DNA of 64,000 bases from Isoptericola halotolerans (GTDB taxonomy: Bacteria; Actinomycetota; Actinomycetes; Actinomycetales; Cellulomonadaceae). Each line of letters opens with the position of its first letter. Within the stretch, counting starts at the first letter, position 1. Below are positions 28,727 through 37,896 of the stretch, in pieces. The stretch is from assembly GCF_013149785.1 (NCBI RefSeq), contig NZ_JABEZU010000001.1, positions 930,001 through 994,000 of the forward strand. The letters are read 5' to 3'. A model generated the notes under the pieces. The model ran no database searches. It saw only the letters and a list, made by a program, of their open reading frames with translations, and had not been told where the DNA came from. Both the position numbers and the translations under genes were made by a program.

Positions 28727-30046
28727 ATGACGCAGACCGCCGCCCCCGTGCCTCCCGACGCCCCCGCCCCGGCCCCGGGCCTGTTGCGCAACCGCTCCTA
28801 CCTGCTGGTGATGTCGGGGCTGACCACCGAGGCGCTCGGTGCCGGGATCGCCGTCTTCGCGGTGCCGCTGATCGCCCTGTCCCTCACGGGGTCGGTGTGG
28901 CAGGCGGGCGTGGTCACCGCCGTGGGTCACACCGGGGCCCTGCTGGCCACGCTGCCGGCCGGGGTGATCGCCGACCGCGTCGACCGGCGTCGGCTCATCG
29001 TGCTCACCGCGAGCATCGCGGCGCTCGCCTGGACAGCGGCGGCCGTGGCAGCCGTCACGGGACAGCTCTCCGTGTGGCACCTCGGCGGCGTGCTGCTGGC
29101 GTCGTCGGTCGCCGGAGCGTTCGTGGAGCCGGCGGTGGCCGGCGCCTTCCGGTCCGTGGTGCCGCAGGAGCAGCTCGCCACCGCCTACGCCGCGTCCCAG
29201 GGCAGGGACGCGGCCGCCGGTCTCGTCGCCGGGCCGGTCGGCGGTGTCCTCTACGGCATCGCGCACGCCGTGCCGCTGGTGGCCGCGGCGGTGGGTCACC
29301 TCGCGACAGCCGTGTGCACGTGGCTGGTGCGTGAGCCGCTCAACGCCGACACCGCCGCCGCCCGGGCCGTGCGCCCGGTCGTCGCGCTGCGCGAGGGCCT
29401 GCGGTACGTCTGGTCGGTCCCGCTGTTCCGGTTGTGCCTCGGGCTGTTCGCCGTCATCAACATCGCCATCAACGGCATGTTCGTCGCGATCACCCTCGAC
29501 CTGGCCGACGGCGGGACCTCACCCGCGCGCATCGGTCTGCTCTCCGGGGTGGTCGGGGCGTCGATGCTGATCGGTGCCGTCCTGGCGCCCACGATCGTCA
29601 AGCGGGTGCGCGTCGGTCGGCTGACGCCGGTCGCCCTCGGTCTCGTCGCGGTGGCGGCGGGCGTCATGGCGGTCGACCAGAGCTACTGGGGCTACGTCGT
29701 CGCGCTCGGGGCGGGCGTCCTGCTCGTGCCGGCCGCCAACGCGGCCATGGCGGGATACTCCGCGGCGATCACCCCGCCCCGGCTGCAGGGCAGGTTCTCG
29801 TCGGTGATGGACCTCTGCGCGACGGTCGCGATGCCCCTCGCGCCCCTGGTCGGCAGCGGCCTGCTCACGCTGATCGGGATCGGGCCGACCTTGCTGGCGC
29901 TCTCGGGGTTGCTGGGCGTGACCGTCGTCGCCGTGTGGTGCGCCCGCCCGCTGCGTCGGATCGGTCGCCCGGAGACCTGGGCCGACGACGTCGTCGACCC
30001 CGGGGGTCAGGCGGCGGACCAGCCGCCGTCCGAGGCGAGGACCTGA
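28727..30046 (+). CDS. MFS transporter (MFS_3/EntS-like exporter)
   Basis: LLRNRSY, GVIADRVDRRR motif A, LREGLRYV, TPPRLQGR; start refined to ATG 28727. Confidence 0.9.
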   Translation: MTQTAAPVPPDAPAPAPGLLRNRSYLLVMSGLTTEALGAGIAVFAVPLIALSLTGSVWQAGVVTAVGHTGALLATLPAGVIADRVDRRRLIVLTASIAALAWTAAAVAAVTGQLSVWHLGGVLLASSVAGAFVEPAVAGAFRSVVPQEQLATAYAASQGRDAAAGLVAGPVGGVLYGIAHAVPLVAAAVGHLATAVCTWLVREPLNADTAAARAVRPVVALREGLRYVWSVPLFRLCLGLFAVINIAINGMFVAITLDLADGGTSPARIGLLSGVVGASMLIGAVLAPTIVKRVRVGRLTPVALGLVAVAAGVMAVDQSYWGYVVALGAGVLLVPAANAAMAGYSAAITPPRLQGRFSSVMDLCATVAMPLAPLVGSGLLTLIGIGPTLLALSGLLGVTVVAVWCARPLRRIGRPETWADDVVDPGGQAADQPPSEART

Positions 30047-31089
30047 CCGTTGACGTTGGTCGAGTCGGTCGACAGCAGGAAGGTGATCGACGCCGCGAGC
30101 TGCTCCGGCATCGCGATGTCCGCCATGATCCCCATCGCCGACTGCACCCGGTCCATCCCGAACTCGTCGACGTCGCGCGGCTGCATGCCGGTGGCCACGC
30201 CGCCCGGCGCGACGGCGTTCACCCGCACGCCGGTGCCCGTGTACATGAAGGCGGCGTTCTTGGTCAGGCCGACGACGGCATGCTTGGAGGCGGTGTAGGC
30301 GGCTCCCGACGCCGATCCGCGCAGCCCTGCCTCGGAGGCGACGTTCACGATGCGGCCGTCGGCCGCCTGGAGCATCCCGGGCACGACAGCGCGCATGAGT
30401 CTCATGGTGCCGGTCACGTTGACGGCGAAGACCCTCTCCCAGGTCGCGTCGTCCACGGTGTGCACGGCCGCGAAGCGGTCCATGATCCCGGCGACGTTGG
30501 CCAGTGCGTGAACCTGCCCGCCCGCGGCCTGCAGGACCTCGGCGACCGCGGCGTCGTCGGTGATGTCCGCGACGACGGGGACGACTGCCGCTCCCTCGGG
30601 CAGGGTGCCGTCCTGGCCGAGCTCCGTGGCCAGCTCGTCCAGACCCACCGCGGTCATGTCGACCGCGACGACACGGCCCCCTTCGCGGGCGACGCGGGAG
30701 GCCGTGGCGCGGCCGATGCCGGACGCGGCGCCGGTGACCACGACGGTCTGCCCGGCGAAGCGTCCGGGCGAGATCGACTCGACCCACTCGGCCGGTTCCG
30801 GGGAGGTCTCCGGGGCGGCGGAGGCAACCTCCGGCGCCACCCCGGCGGGTGCTGCACCGGGGCCGGCTGCCGCCCTGAGCTCGGCAGCGCGGGCGACCAG
30901 GGCCTCGGCGGTCTCGGCGGAGAGCTTGCCGCGCGAGAGCTTGACCAGCCGGGCGAGGCTCAGCCGCTTGGCGGGAGCGAGGGACCCGACGCCGGCGCCG
31001 GCCTCGGTCAGCATCTCCGTCAGCACCCGTTCCCCGACCGGATCGGCGAGCCACTGCGCGACGGTGTTCTTCAGGGTGAGGTCCGACAT
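30007..31089 (-). CDS. SDR oxidoreductase with extra N-terminal domain
   Basis: TGAASGIG, NVAG, YTASK, NAVAPG, DGGW; start refined to ATG 31089. Confidence 0.9.
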   Translation of the reverse strand: MSDLTLKNTVAQWLADPVGERVLTEMLTEAGAGVGSLAPAKRLSLARLVKLSRGKLSAETAEALVARAAELRAAAGPGAAPAGVAPEVASAAPETSPEPAEWVESISPGRFAGQTVVVTGAASGIGRATASRVAREGGRVVAVDMTAVGLDELATELGQDGTLPEGAAVVPVVADITDDAAVAEVLQAAGGQVHALANVAGIMDRFAAVHTVDDATWERVFAVNVTGTMRLMRAVVPGMLQAADGRIVNVASEAGLRGSASGAAYTASKHAVVGLTKNAAFMYTGTGVRVNAVAPGGVATGMQPRDVDEFGMDRVQSAMGIMADIAMPEQLAASITFLLSTDSTNVNGQVLASDGGWSAA

Positions 31090-31113
31090 CCGTGCTGCCC
31101 GTCCTTGGTCCGC

Positions 31114-31133
31114 ACCGGACATTCGTGTCCGGT
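31114..31133. promoter_or_regulatory. palindromic operator between SDR and TetR
   Basis: ACCGGACA-TTCG-TGTCCGGT, perfect 8-bp arms. Confidence 0.7.
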
Positions 31134-31155
31134 ATTGCCAGCCTAAGATAGCACC

Positions 31156-31743
31156 GTGAGCACACCCGCGACCAAGGCCTCGCGCCGGGCGAACGCCGGG
31201 CCCCGCGCAGCGGCACGCAACCGCGCGGCACTGCTCGCCGCGGCCCGCGAGATCTTCGCCGAGCACGGGTCGCACGCACCGCTCAACGCCGTCGCGCGGC
31301 GAGCAGGTGTCGGGCAGGGGAGCCTCTACCGGCACTTCCCCGACCGCATGGCCCTCGTGCTCGCCCTCTTCGAGGAGCAGGTCAGCACCGTCGAGAGGAT
31401 CGCCCGCGACCCGGGCGTGCCCCTCGCCGACCTGCTGGGCGTCGTCACCCGCCACGCCATCGAGTCCGTGGTGAGCATCGACGTCGCCACCGCCTCACCC
31501 GAGCAGCGACCCGACCCGCGTCTCGTCGACCTGCGGGACCGGACCGCCGACGTCCTGGGCTCCCGCCTCGAGCGGGCGCTGGCCGAGGGCGACGTGCGTC
31601 CCGGCACCACCGTCGACGACGTGCTGCTCGGCGTCGAGATGGTCGCGGCCACGCTCACCCGACGTCCCGCGGCGGACCGGGAGCGCTGCGCGCTGCGCGC
31701 CTGGCAGCTCCTCGGGATGACCGTCCACCTGCCCGACCGGTAG
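31156..31743 (+). CDS. TetR-family transcriptional regulator
   Basis: RNRAALLAAAREIF...VARRAGVGQGSLYRHFPDR. Confidence 0.92.
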   Translation: MSTPATKASRRANAGPRAAARNRAALLAAAREIFAEHGSHAPLNAVARRAGVGQGSLYRHFPDRMALVLALFEEQVSTVERIARDPGVPLADLLGVVTRHAIESVVSIDVATASPEQRPDPRLVDLRDRTADVLGSRLERALAEGDVRPGTTVDDVLLGVEMVAATLTRRPAADRERCALRAWQLLGMTVHLPDR

Positions 31744-31752
31744 GATCGGGCC

Positions 31753-31856
31753 CGGTCGTGACTGGCGAGGGTGGACAACCACCGGGGAGCGGCCGATCCG
31801 GCCGGGCGTCCCCCGCGGCAGGCCGGGCCACCGTGCGCACCGCCCGCCTGGGTGCC
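31753..31856 (+). ncRNA. ZMP/ZTP (pfl) riboswitch
   Basis: GGTCGTGACTGGCG..GGTGG....CCACCGGGGAGCGGCC plus downstream GCACCGCCCGCCTGGGTGC; directly upstream of purH. Confidence 0.92.
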
Positions 31857-31896
31857 AGGGTTTCCGCGAAGGCCACCACCTGAGGAGACCACCACG

Positions 31897-33540
31897 ATGT
31901 CCGGTGCCCCCACGTCCCCCGACGTCCAGCTCACCGACGACTCCCGCCGCCCGGTCCGCCGCGCGCTGCTGAGCGTCTACGACAAGACCGGCCTGGTCGA
32001 GCTCGCCACCGCCCTGCACGCCGACGGCGTCGAGCTGGTCTCCACCGGCTCCACCGCGAGCCGGATCGCCGACGCCGGGGTGCCCGTGACCCGCGTCGAG
32101 GACCTCACCGGGTTCCCCGAGTGCCTCGAGGGCCGCGTCAAGACGCTGCACCCCCGCGTGCACGCAGGGATCCTCGCCGACACCCGCAAGCAGGCCCACC
32201 TCGACCAGCTCGCCGAGCTCGACATCGACACGTTCGAGCTCGTCGTGGTGAACCTGTACCCGTTCGCCGAGACCGTCGCCTCCGGCGCCGCGCCCGACGC
32301 CGTCGTCGAGCAGATCGACATCGGCGGACCGTCCATGGTCCGCGCCGCCGCGAAGAACCACCCGAGCGTCGCCGTCGTCGTCGACCCCGCCCGGTACGAC
32401 GACGTCGCCGCGGCCGTGCGCGACGGCGGCTTCACCTTCGCCCAGCGCAAGCGCCTCGCCGCCGCGGCGTTCGCCCACACCGCCCGCTACGACGTCGCCG
32501 TGTCCGCCTGGTTCGCCTCGGCCTACGCCCCCGACGAGGCCGCCGTCGAGTCCGGCCTGCCGGACGTCACCGGAGCCACCTGGGAGCGGTCGGACGTGCT
32601 GCGCTACGGCGAGAACCCGCACCAGAAGGCGGCGCTCTACGCCCGCACGGACGGGCCCGCCGGGCTCGCGCAGGCCGTCCAGCTGCACGGCAAGGCGATG
32701 AGCTACAACAACTACGTCGACGCCGACGCCGCCTGGCGTGCCGCCCACGACCACGCCGAGCCCGCCGTCGCGATCATCAAGCACGCCAACCCCTGCGGCA
32801 TCGCCGTCGGCGGCGACATCGCCCAGGCGCACGCCCGGGCCCACGCCACCGACCCGGTCTCCGCCTACGGTGGCGTCATCGCCGCCAACCGCGTGGTCAC
32901 CCGGGCCGCCGCCGAGCAGATCGCCCCCGTCTTCACCGAGGTGGTCGTCGCGCCCGGGTTCGAGCCGGAGGCCCTCGAGGTGCTCCAGGCGAAGAAGAAC
33001 ATCCGCCTGCTGGTCATCGAGGGTGCGGCGGCGGACCAGGCAGGTCGCGTCGAGCTGCGGCCCGTCTCGGGCGGGCTGCTCGTCCAGGAGGTCGACCGCT
33101 TCCAGGCCGACGGGGACGACGTCACCTCCTGGACGCTGGCGGCCGGTGCACCGGCGGACGAGGCGACCCTCGCGGACCTCGCCTTCGCGTGGCGGGCCGT
33201 CCGTGCGGCCAAGTCGAACGCCATCCTGCTCGCCGACGACGGCGCCGCCGTCGGCATCGGGATGGGGCAGGTCAACCGGGTGGACTCCTGCCGGCTGTCC
33301 GTCGAGCGCGCGAACTCCCTCGCGACCGGTGAGGACGGACCGGTCGAGCGGGCCCGTGGCGCGGTCGCTGCCTCCGACGCCTTCTTCCCCTTCGCCGACG
33401 GGCTGCAGGTGCTGCTCGACGCCGGGGTGCGCGCCGTCGTGCAGCCCGGCGGGTCCATCCGCGACGAGGAGGTCGTCGCCGCCGCGCAGGCAGCAGGGGT
33501 CACCATGTACCTCACCGGGACCCGCCACTTCGCCCACTGA
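31897..33540 (+). CDS. purH: bifunctional AICAR transformylase / IMP cyclohydrolase
   Basis: [53 protein letters not shown] 31897 after GAGGAG. Confidence 0.98.
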   Translation: MSGAPTSPDVQLTDDSRRPVRRALLSVYDKTGLVELATALHADGVELVSTGSTASRIADAGVPVTRVEDLTGFPECLEGRVKTLHPRVHAGILADTRKQAHLDQLAELDIDTFELVVVNLYPFAETVASGAAPDAVVEQIDIGGPSMVRAAAKNHPSVAVVVDPARYDDVAAAVRDGGFTFAQRKRLAAAAFAHTARYDVAVSAWFASAYAPDEAAVESGLPDVTGATWERSDVLRYGENPHQKAALYARTDGPAGLAQAVQLHGKAMSYNNYVDADAAWRAAHDHAEPAVAIIKHANPCGIAVGGDIAQAHARAHATDPVSAYGGVIAANRVVTRAAAEQIAPVFTEVVVAPGFEPEALEVLQAKKNIRLLVIEGAAADQAGRVELRPVSGGLLVQEVDRFQADGDDVTSWTLAAGAPADEATLADLAFAWRAVRAAKSNAILLADDGAAVGIGMGQVNRVDSCRLSVERANSLATGEDGPVERARGAVAASDAFFPFADGLQVLLDAGVRAVVQPGGSIRDEEVVAAAQAAGVTMYLTGTRHFAH

Positions 33541-33556
33541 GGGCGCTCAGCCGCTG

Positions 33557-33623
33557 CCCAACGAGCGTGCCTATTCGTTCCCCTCTCCGGCTCCATGAGG
33601 AACAAGCGAGCACGCTCGTTGGG
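33557..33623. terminator. inverted repeat between convergent genes
   Basis: CCCAACGAGCGTGC ... GCACGCTCGTTGGG, 14-bp perfect arms. Confidence 0.6.
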
Positions 33624-33636
33624 TAGGGAGGGGCGT

Positions 33637-34947
33637 TCAGGACACCAGGACGTCGCGCAGCCGGACCGCCGGGTCGCCGGCCGCCTCGACGTCCAGGTGG
33701 ACCGGACCCCCCGCGTCGAAGGCCCGGCGCACCGGGCCGACGTCGCGCGGCGAGTCGACCAGCAGCGCGGCGCGGAGCACGGCAGCGCTCCGCCCGCCGC
33801 CGTCCGTCTCGTGGCCGCTGGGGTCGTCCGAGTCCTGAGCGGTCCAGAACGCCGCCCAGGGCCCGGCACCCGGCGTCCCGCGCCACACCGTCGGGGGTCC
33901 CGTGGGCAGGCCGAACAGGGCCAGGTCGTGGCCGAGCTGGCGGGAGAACACGTACGGCGCGTGGCCCGTCGCGGGCTCGATGCCCAGCACGTCACGGGCC
34001 ACGAGGTCGGGGTCGTGCAGGGCGGCCGACCAGTGGCCGCCGGGCACGCGACCGAGCACCGGGTGCGGGTGCGACGCCACGTCCCCGACCGCCCACACCC
34101 CCGCCACGCCGGGTACTGCCCCGCCGGGGTCGACCAGGAGCGCGCCCACCGGGTCGAAGACCGCCTGCGGCAGGTGCTCGCGCAGCCACGCCGTGGCCGG
34201 CCGGGCGCCGACGGCCGCCAGGACGACATCGGCGGGGACGCGCTCGCCGGAGACCAGGGTGACGCCGTCCCGCCGCACCTCGGCCGCCGTCGCGCCCCGT
34301 CGGAGCCGCGCACCGGCCGCCGCGAACCAGGGGACCAGGTGCTCGCCCACCTCGGTCCCGAGCTGACGGGCCAACGGCGTGGCGCCGGCCTCCAGCACCG
34401 TGACGTCCACGCCGGCCCCGGCAGCCACCCCGGCCACCTCCGCACCGATCCATCCCGCGCCCACCACCACCAGGCGGCTGCCGGCGCGCAGACCGGTGCG
34501 CAGCGTGTCCGCGTCGGCGGACGTGTGCAGCACGTCCGCGTCCCAGCCCGCCGGCAGGACCGGCCGCGAACCACAGGCGAGCACGACGGCGTCGGCGTCG
34601 AGGGATCGTCCGGACCGCGTGATCACCCGCGGCCCGGGGTGCAGGGCGACGGCCGGGTCGGCGAGGAGGACCTCGTCGGCCAGGGCCACCAGGTCGATAC
34701 CGAGGTCGTCGTGCAACCACAGCGGTTCCGGCCGTGACAACAGCTCCTTGGACAGCGGCGGACGGTCGTACGGTGGCAGCCCCTCCTCGCCGAGCACCGT
34801 CAGTCGGCCGTCGAACCCGTGGGCACGCAGGGCGGCGGCCGTCTGCGCCCCGGCCAGCCCGGCCCCGACGACGACGACCGATCGTGGCGTCGGGCCGACG
34901 GCTGCGTCGACGGTAGGGGTCGGGGCGGAGTCGCTCATGGCAGGCAC
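33637..34947 (-). CDS. FAD/NAD(P)-dependent oxidoreductase (ferredoxin reductase-like)
   Basis: GAGLAG, YDRPPLSK, GAGWIG.E, WAVGDVA. Confidence 0.88.
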   Translation of the reverse strand: MPAMSDSAPTPTVDAAVGPTPRSVVVVGAGLAGAQTAAALRAHGFDGRLTVLGEEGLPPYDRPPLSKELLSRPEPLWLHDDLGIDLVALADEVLLADPAVALHPGPRVITRSGRSLDADAVVLACGSRPVLPAGWDADVLHTSADADTLRTGLRAGSRLVVVGAGWIGAEVAGVAAGAGVDVTVLEAGATPLARQLGTEVGEHLVPWFAAAGARLRRGATAAEVRRDGVTLVSGERVPADVVLAAVGARPATAWLREHLPQAVFDPVGALLVDPGGAVPGVAGVWAVGDVASHPHPVLGRVPGGHWSAALHDPDLVARDVLGIEPATGHAPYVFSRQLGHDLALFGLPTGPPTVWRGTPGAGPWAAFWTAQDSDDPSGHETDGGGRSAAVLRAALLVDSPRDVGPVRRAFDAGGPVHLDVEAAGDPAVRLRDVLVS

Positions 34948-34994
34948 GTGCCCAACCTACGGCGTGCGCGCGCCCGCCAGGTAGGCTCGGCGAC

Positions 34995-35324
34995 GTGGTC
35001 CCTGAAGCCGACGCGCACCCGCAGCCGCACTGGCACGCCGTCGACGTCGTGCACGACCGGTCGCGTCCGGTGCGCAGCCCGGTGCCGGCGATCGTCGTCG
35101 TCCTGGCCGGCATGCTCGTCGCCGTGCTGCTGGCGCTGACGGTCGGCGCACGGGTCGGCGCCCTGACGATCGCCGCGACGCTCGCCGTCGCCGGCACCTG
35201 GCGAGCGACGTCGTCCTCCGGCCCCGTCGGCCTGGCCATCCGGAGCCGCAGCTTCGACGTCTTCCTGTGCTGGGCGACGGCCGGCGTGATCGCGGTGCTG
35301 GCGCTGACGGCGCCCGGGGTCTGA
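34995..35324 (+). CDS. DUF3017-family membrane protein
   Basis: Three TM segments, GLAIRSRSFD motif; context near purH and mdh. Confidence 0.75.
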   Translation: MVPEADAHPQPHWHAVDVVHDRSRPVRSPVPAIVVVLAGMLVAVLLALTVGARVGALTIAATLAVAGTWRATSSSGPVGLAIRSRSFDVFLCWATAGVIAVLALTAPGV

Positions 35325-35363
35325 CGCTCCGCCGTCGACCGGCCGAGTGTCCGACGAAAGACG

Positions 35364-35463
35364 GAGGCGGGGGACGAACCCTGGCGCTCGGTCGCGTTCA
35401 CGGGCGCTGCGCGCCCTGCACTTCGCGTCTGACGACCGAGCGCCAGGGTTCGTCCCCCGCCTC
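35364..35463. repeat. perfect 31-bp inverted repeat with 38-nt spacer
   Basis: GAGGCGGGGGACGAACCCTGGCGCTCGGTCG 35364-35394; reverse complement at 35433-35463. Confidence 0.9.
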
Positions 35464-35534
35464 TGCGCGGACGTCGCGGCTCGCGCTTCTCCTCCGGCGG
35501 CGGTCCGTGCGGCCGCCGCCGGAGGAGCAGGTGG

Positions 35535-36599
35535 TCAGGGGCGGGCCGGGGGAGTCGGCTCGTCCGTGTCCGTGTCCTCGACGACCTCGGTCTCCTCGAC
35601 CTCGACCTCGGACGGTGCGTCCGTCGCGACGTCGGTGTCGGCCACCACGGTCGTCTCCTCGACGACCTCGGTCTCCTCGACGGTGGTCGGGGCGGCCTCG
35701 TCGGCGACGACCTTGGCTGCTGCCGTCTCCGCCACCTCCTCGAGGGTGCCCTCGGTCGGGTAGGTAGCCGTCCCCGGCTGCTCCTCCCAGCCGTCGGTGA
35801 CCGTGAGCGCCGGCACGGGGGCGAACGCCCGGGCGAAGAGGGCGGCCAGCGCGGCACCGAGGAGCGGCGCCGCGAAGAACAGCCAGAGCTGTCGGCCCAC
35901 GCCGTCGGCGGCCCAGGCGTCGGGGGAGATCACCGAGGCGAGCGAGCGGGCCGGGTTGAACGAGGTGTTCGTGGCGGGCCACGAGATGATGTGCAGGGCC
36001 GCGAGGGTCAGGCCGATGACCACCGGTGCGTAGGCGACCTTGGCCCGCGTGTTCGTGACGGCGAGGATGACCCCGACGAACACGACGGCGATGAGCACCT
36101 CGACGATCGCGGCCTGCGGCAGCTCGAAGGTCGACTGGCCCTGGGTGAGCGCGCTCAGGGGCGAGTGGTCACCGTAGCCGTTGGCCGTCGCGGCGAGGAC
36201 CTCGCCGGCCGACCCGGCGCCGACCAGGGGCGGGTAGGTGTCGGGGATGATGAGCAGCAGCAGCGCGCCGCAGGCCGCCGCGCCGACGAGCTGGGCGATC
36301 CAGTAGGGGACGAGGTCCACCCAGCTCGACCGGCCCGCGAGGGTGAGCCCGAACGTCACCGCCGGGTTGAAGTGCCCGCCGGAGAGATGGCCCAGCCCGG
36401 CGATGACCGCCATGAGTGCGATGCCGCCGGCGAGCGCCACGGTGATGATCTGGCCGTTGTTGACGATGTTGAACGTCGCCGTGCCGACGATGCCGAGCAC
36501 GAGCACGAAGGTGCCGAACGCCTCGACGCACATCCGGGTGAAGAGTCGGGGCACCGGCGGCGCCTCGACGTCGGTCGGTGTCTCGGTTACCTGGGACAT
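35535..36599 (-). CDS. MIP-family channel (AqpZ-like) with acidic C-terminal tail
   Basis: SGGHFNPAVT, NGYGDHSP, NTSFNPARS. Confidence 0.92.
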   Translation of the reverse strand: MSQVTETPTDVEAPPVPRLFTRMCVEAFGTFVLVLGIVGTATFNIVNNGQIITVALAGGIALMAVIAGLGHLSGGHFNPAVTFGLTLAGRSSWVDLVPYWIAQLVGAAACGALLLLIIPDTYPPLVGAGSAGEVLAATANGYGDHSPLSALTQGQSTFELPQAAIVEVLIAVVFVGVILAVTNTRAKVAYAPVVIGLTLAALHIISWPATNTSFNPARSLASVISPDAWAADGVGRQLWLFFAAPLLGAALAALFARAFAPVPALTVTDGWEEQPGTATYPTEGTLEEVAETAAAKVVADEAAPTTVEETEVVEETTVVADTDVATDAPSEVEVEETEVVEDTDTDEPTPPARP

Positions 36600-36687
36600 G
36601 GAGGTCCTTTGCTGGTCGTCGGGTGGAGGTCTCGTCGCGTCCGCGACGCGGCGGCGATGCTGGCACCGGTCCCTGGGAGCCCTCTGA

Positions 36688-37806
<1,119 letters not shown>

Positions 37807-37896
37807 GCCCTGCCCCGACCGACGGTGAGCCGTCGGCCCCGCCTGCCGCGCAGAAAAACGTCGAGAACGGATGCCTCGTCGATCTAGTCTCGGCAG

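Noticed and set aside
35575..35700. Repeated CCTCGACGACCTCGGTCTCCTCGAC units as a CRISPR-like array
   Set aside because: Inside the aquaporin CDS, encoding the acidic tail; only two copies, no spacers or cas genes
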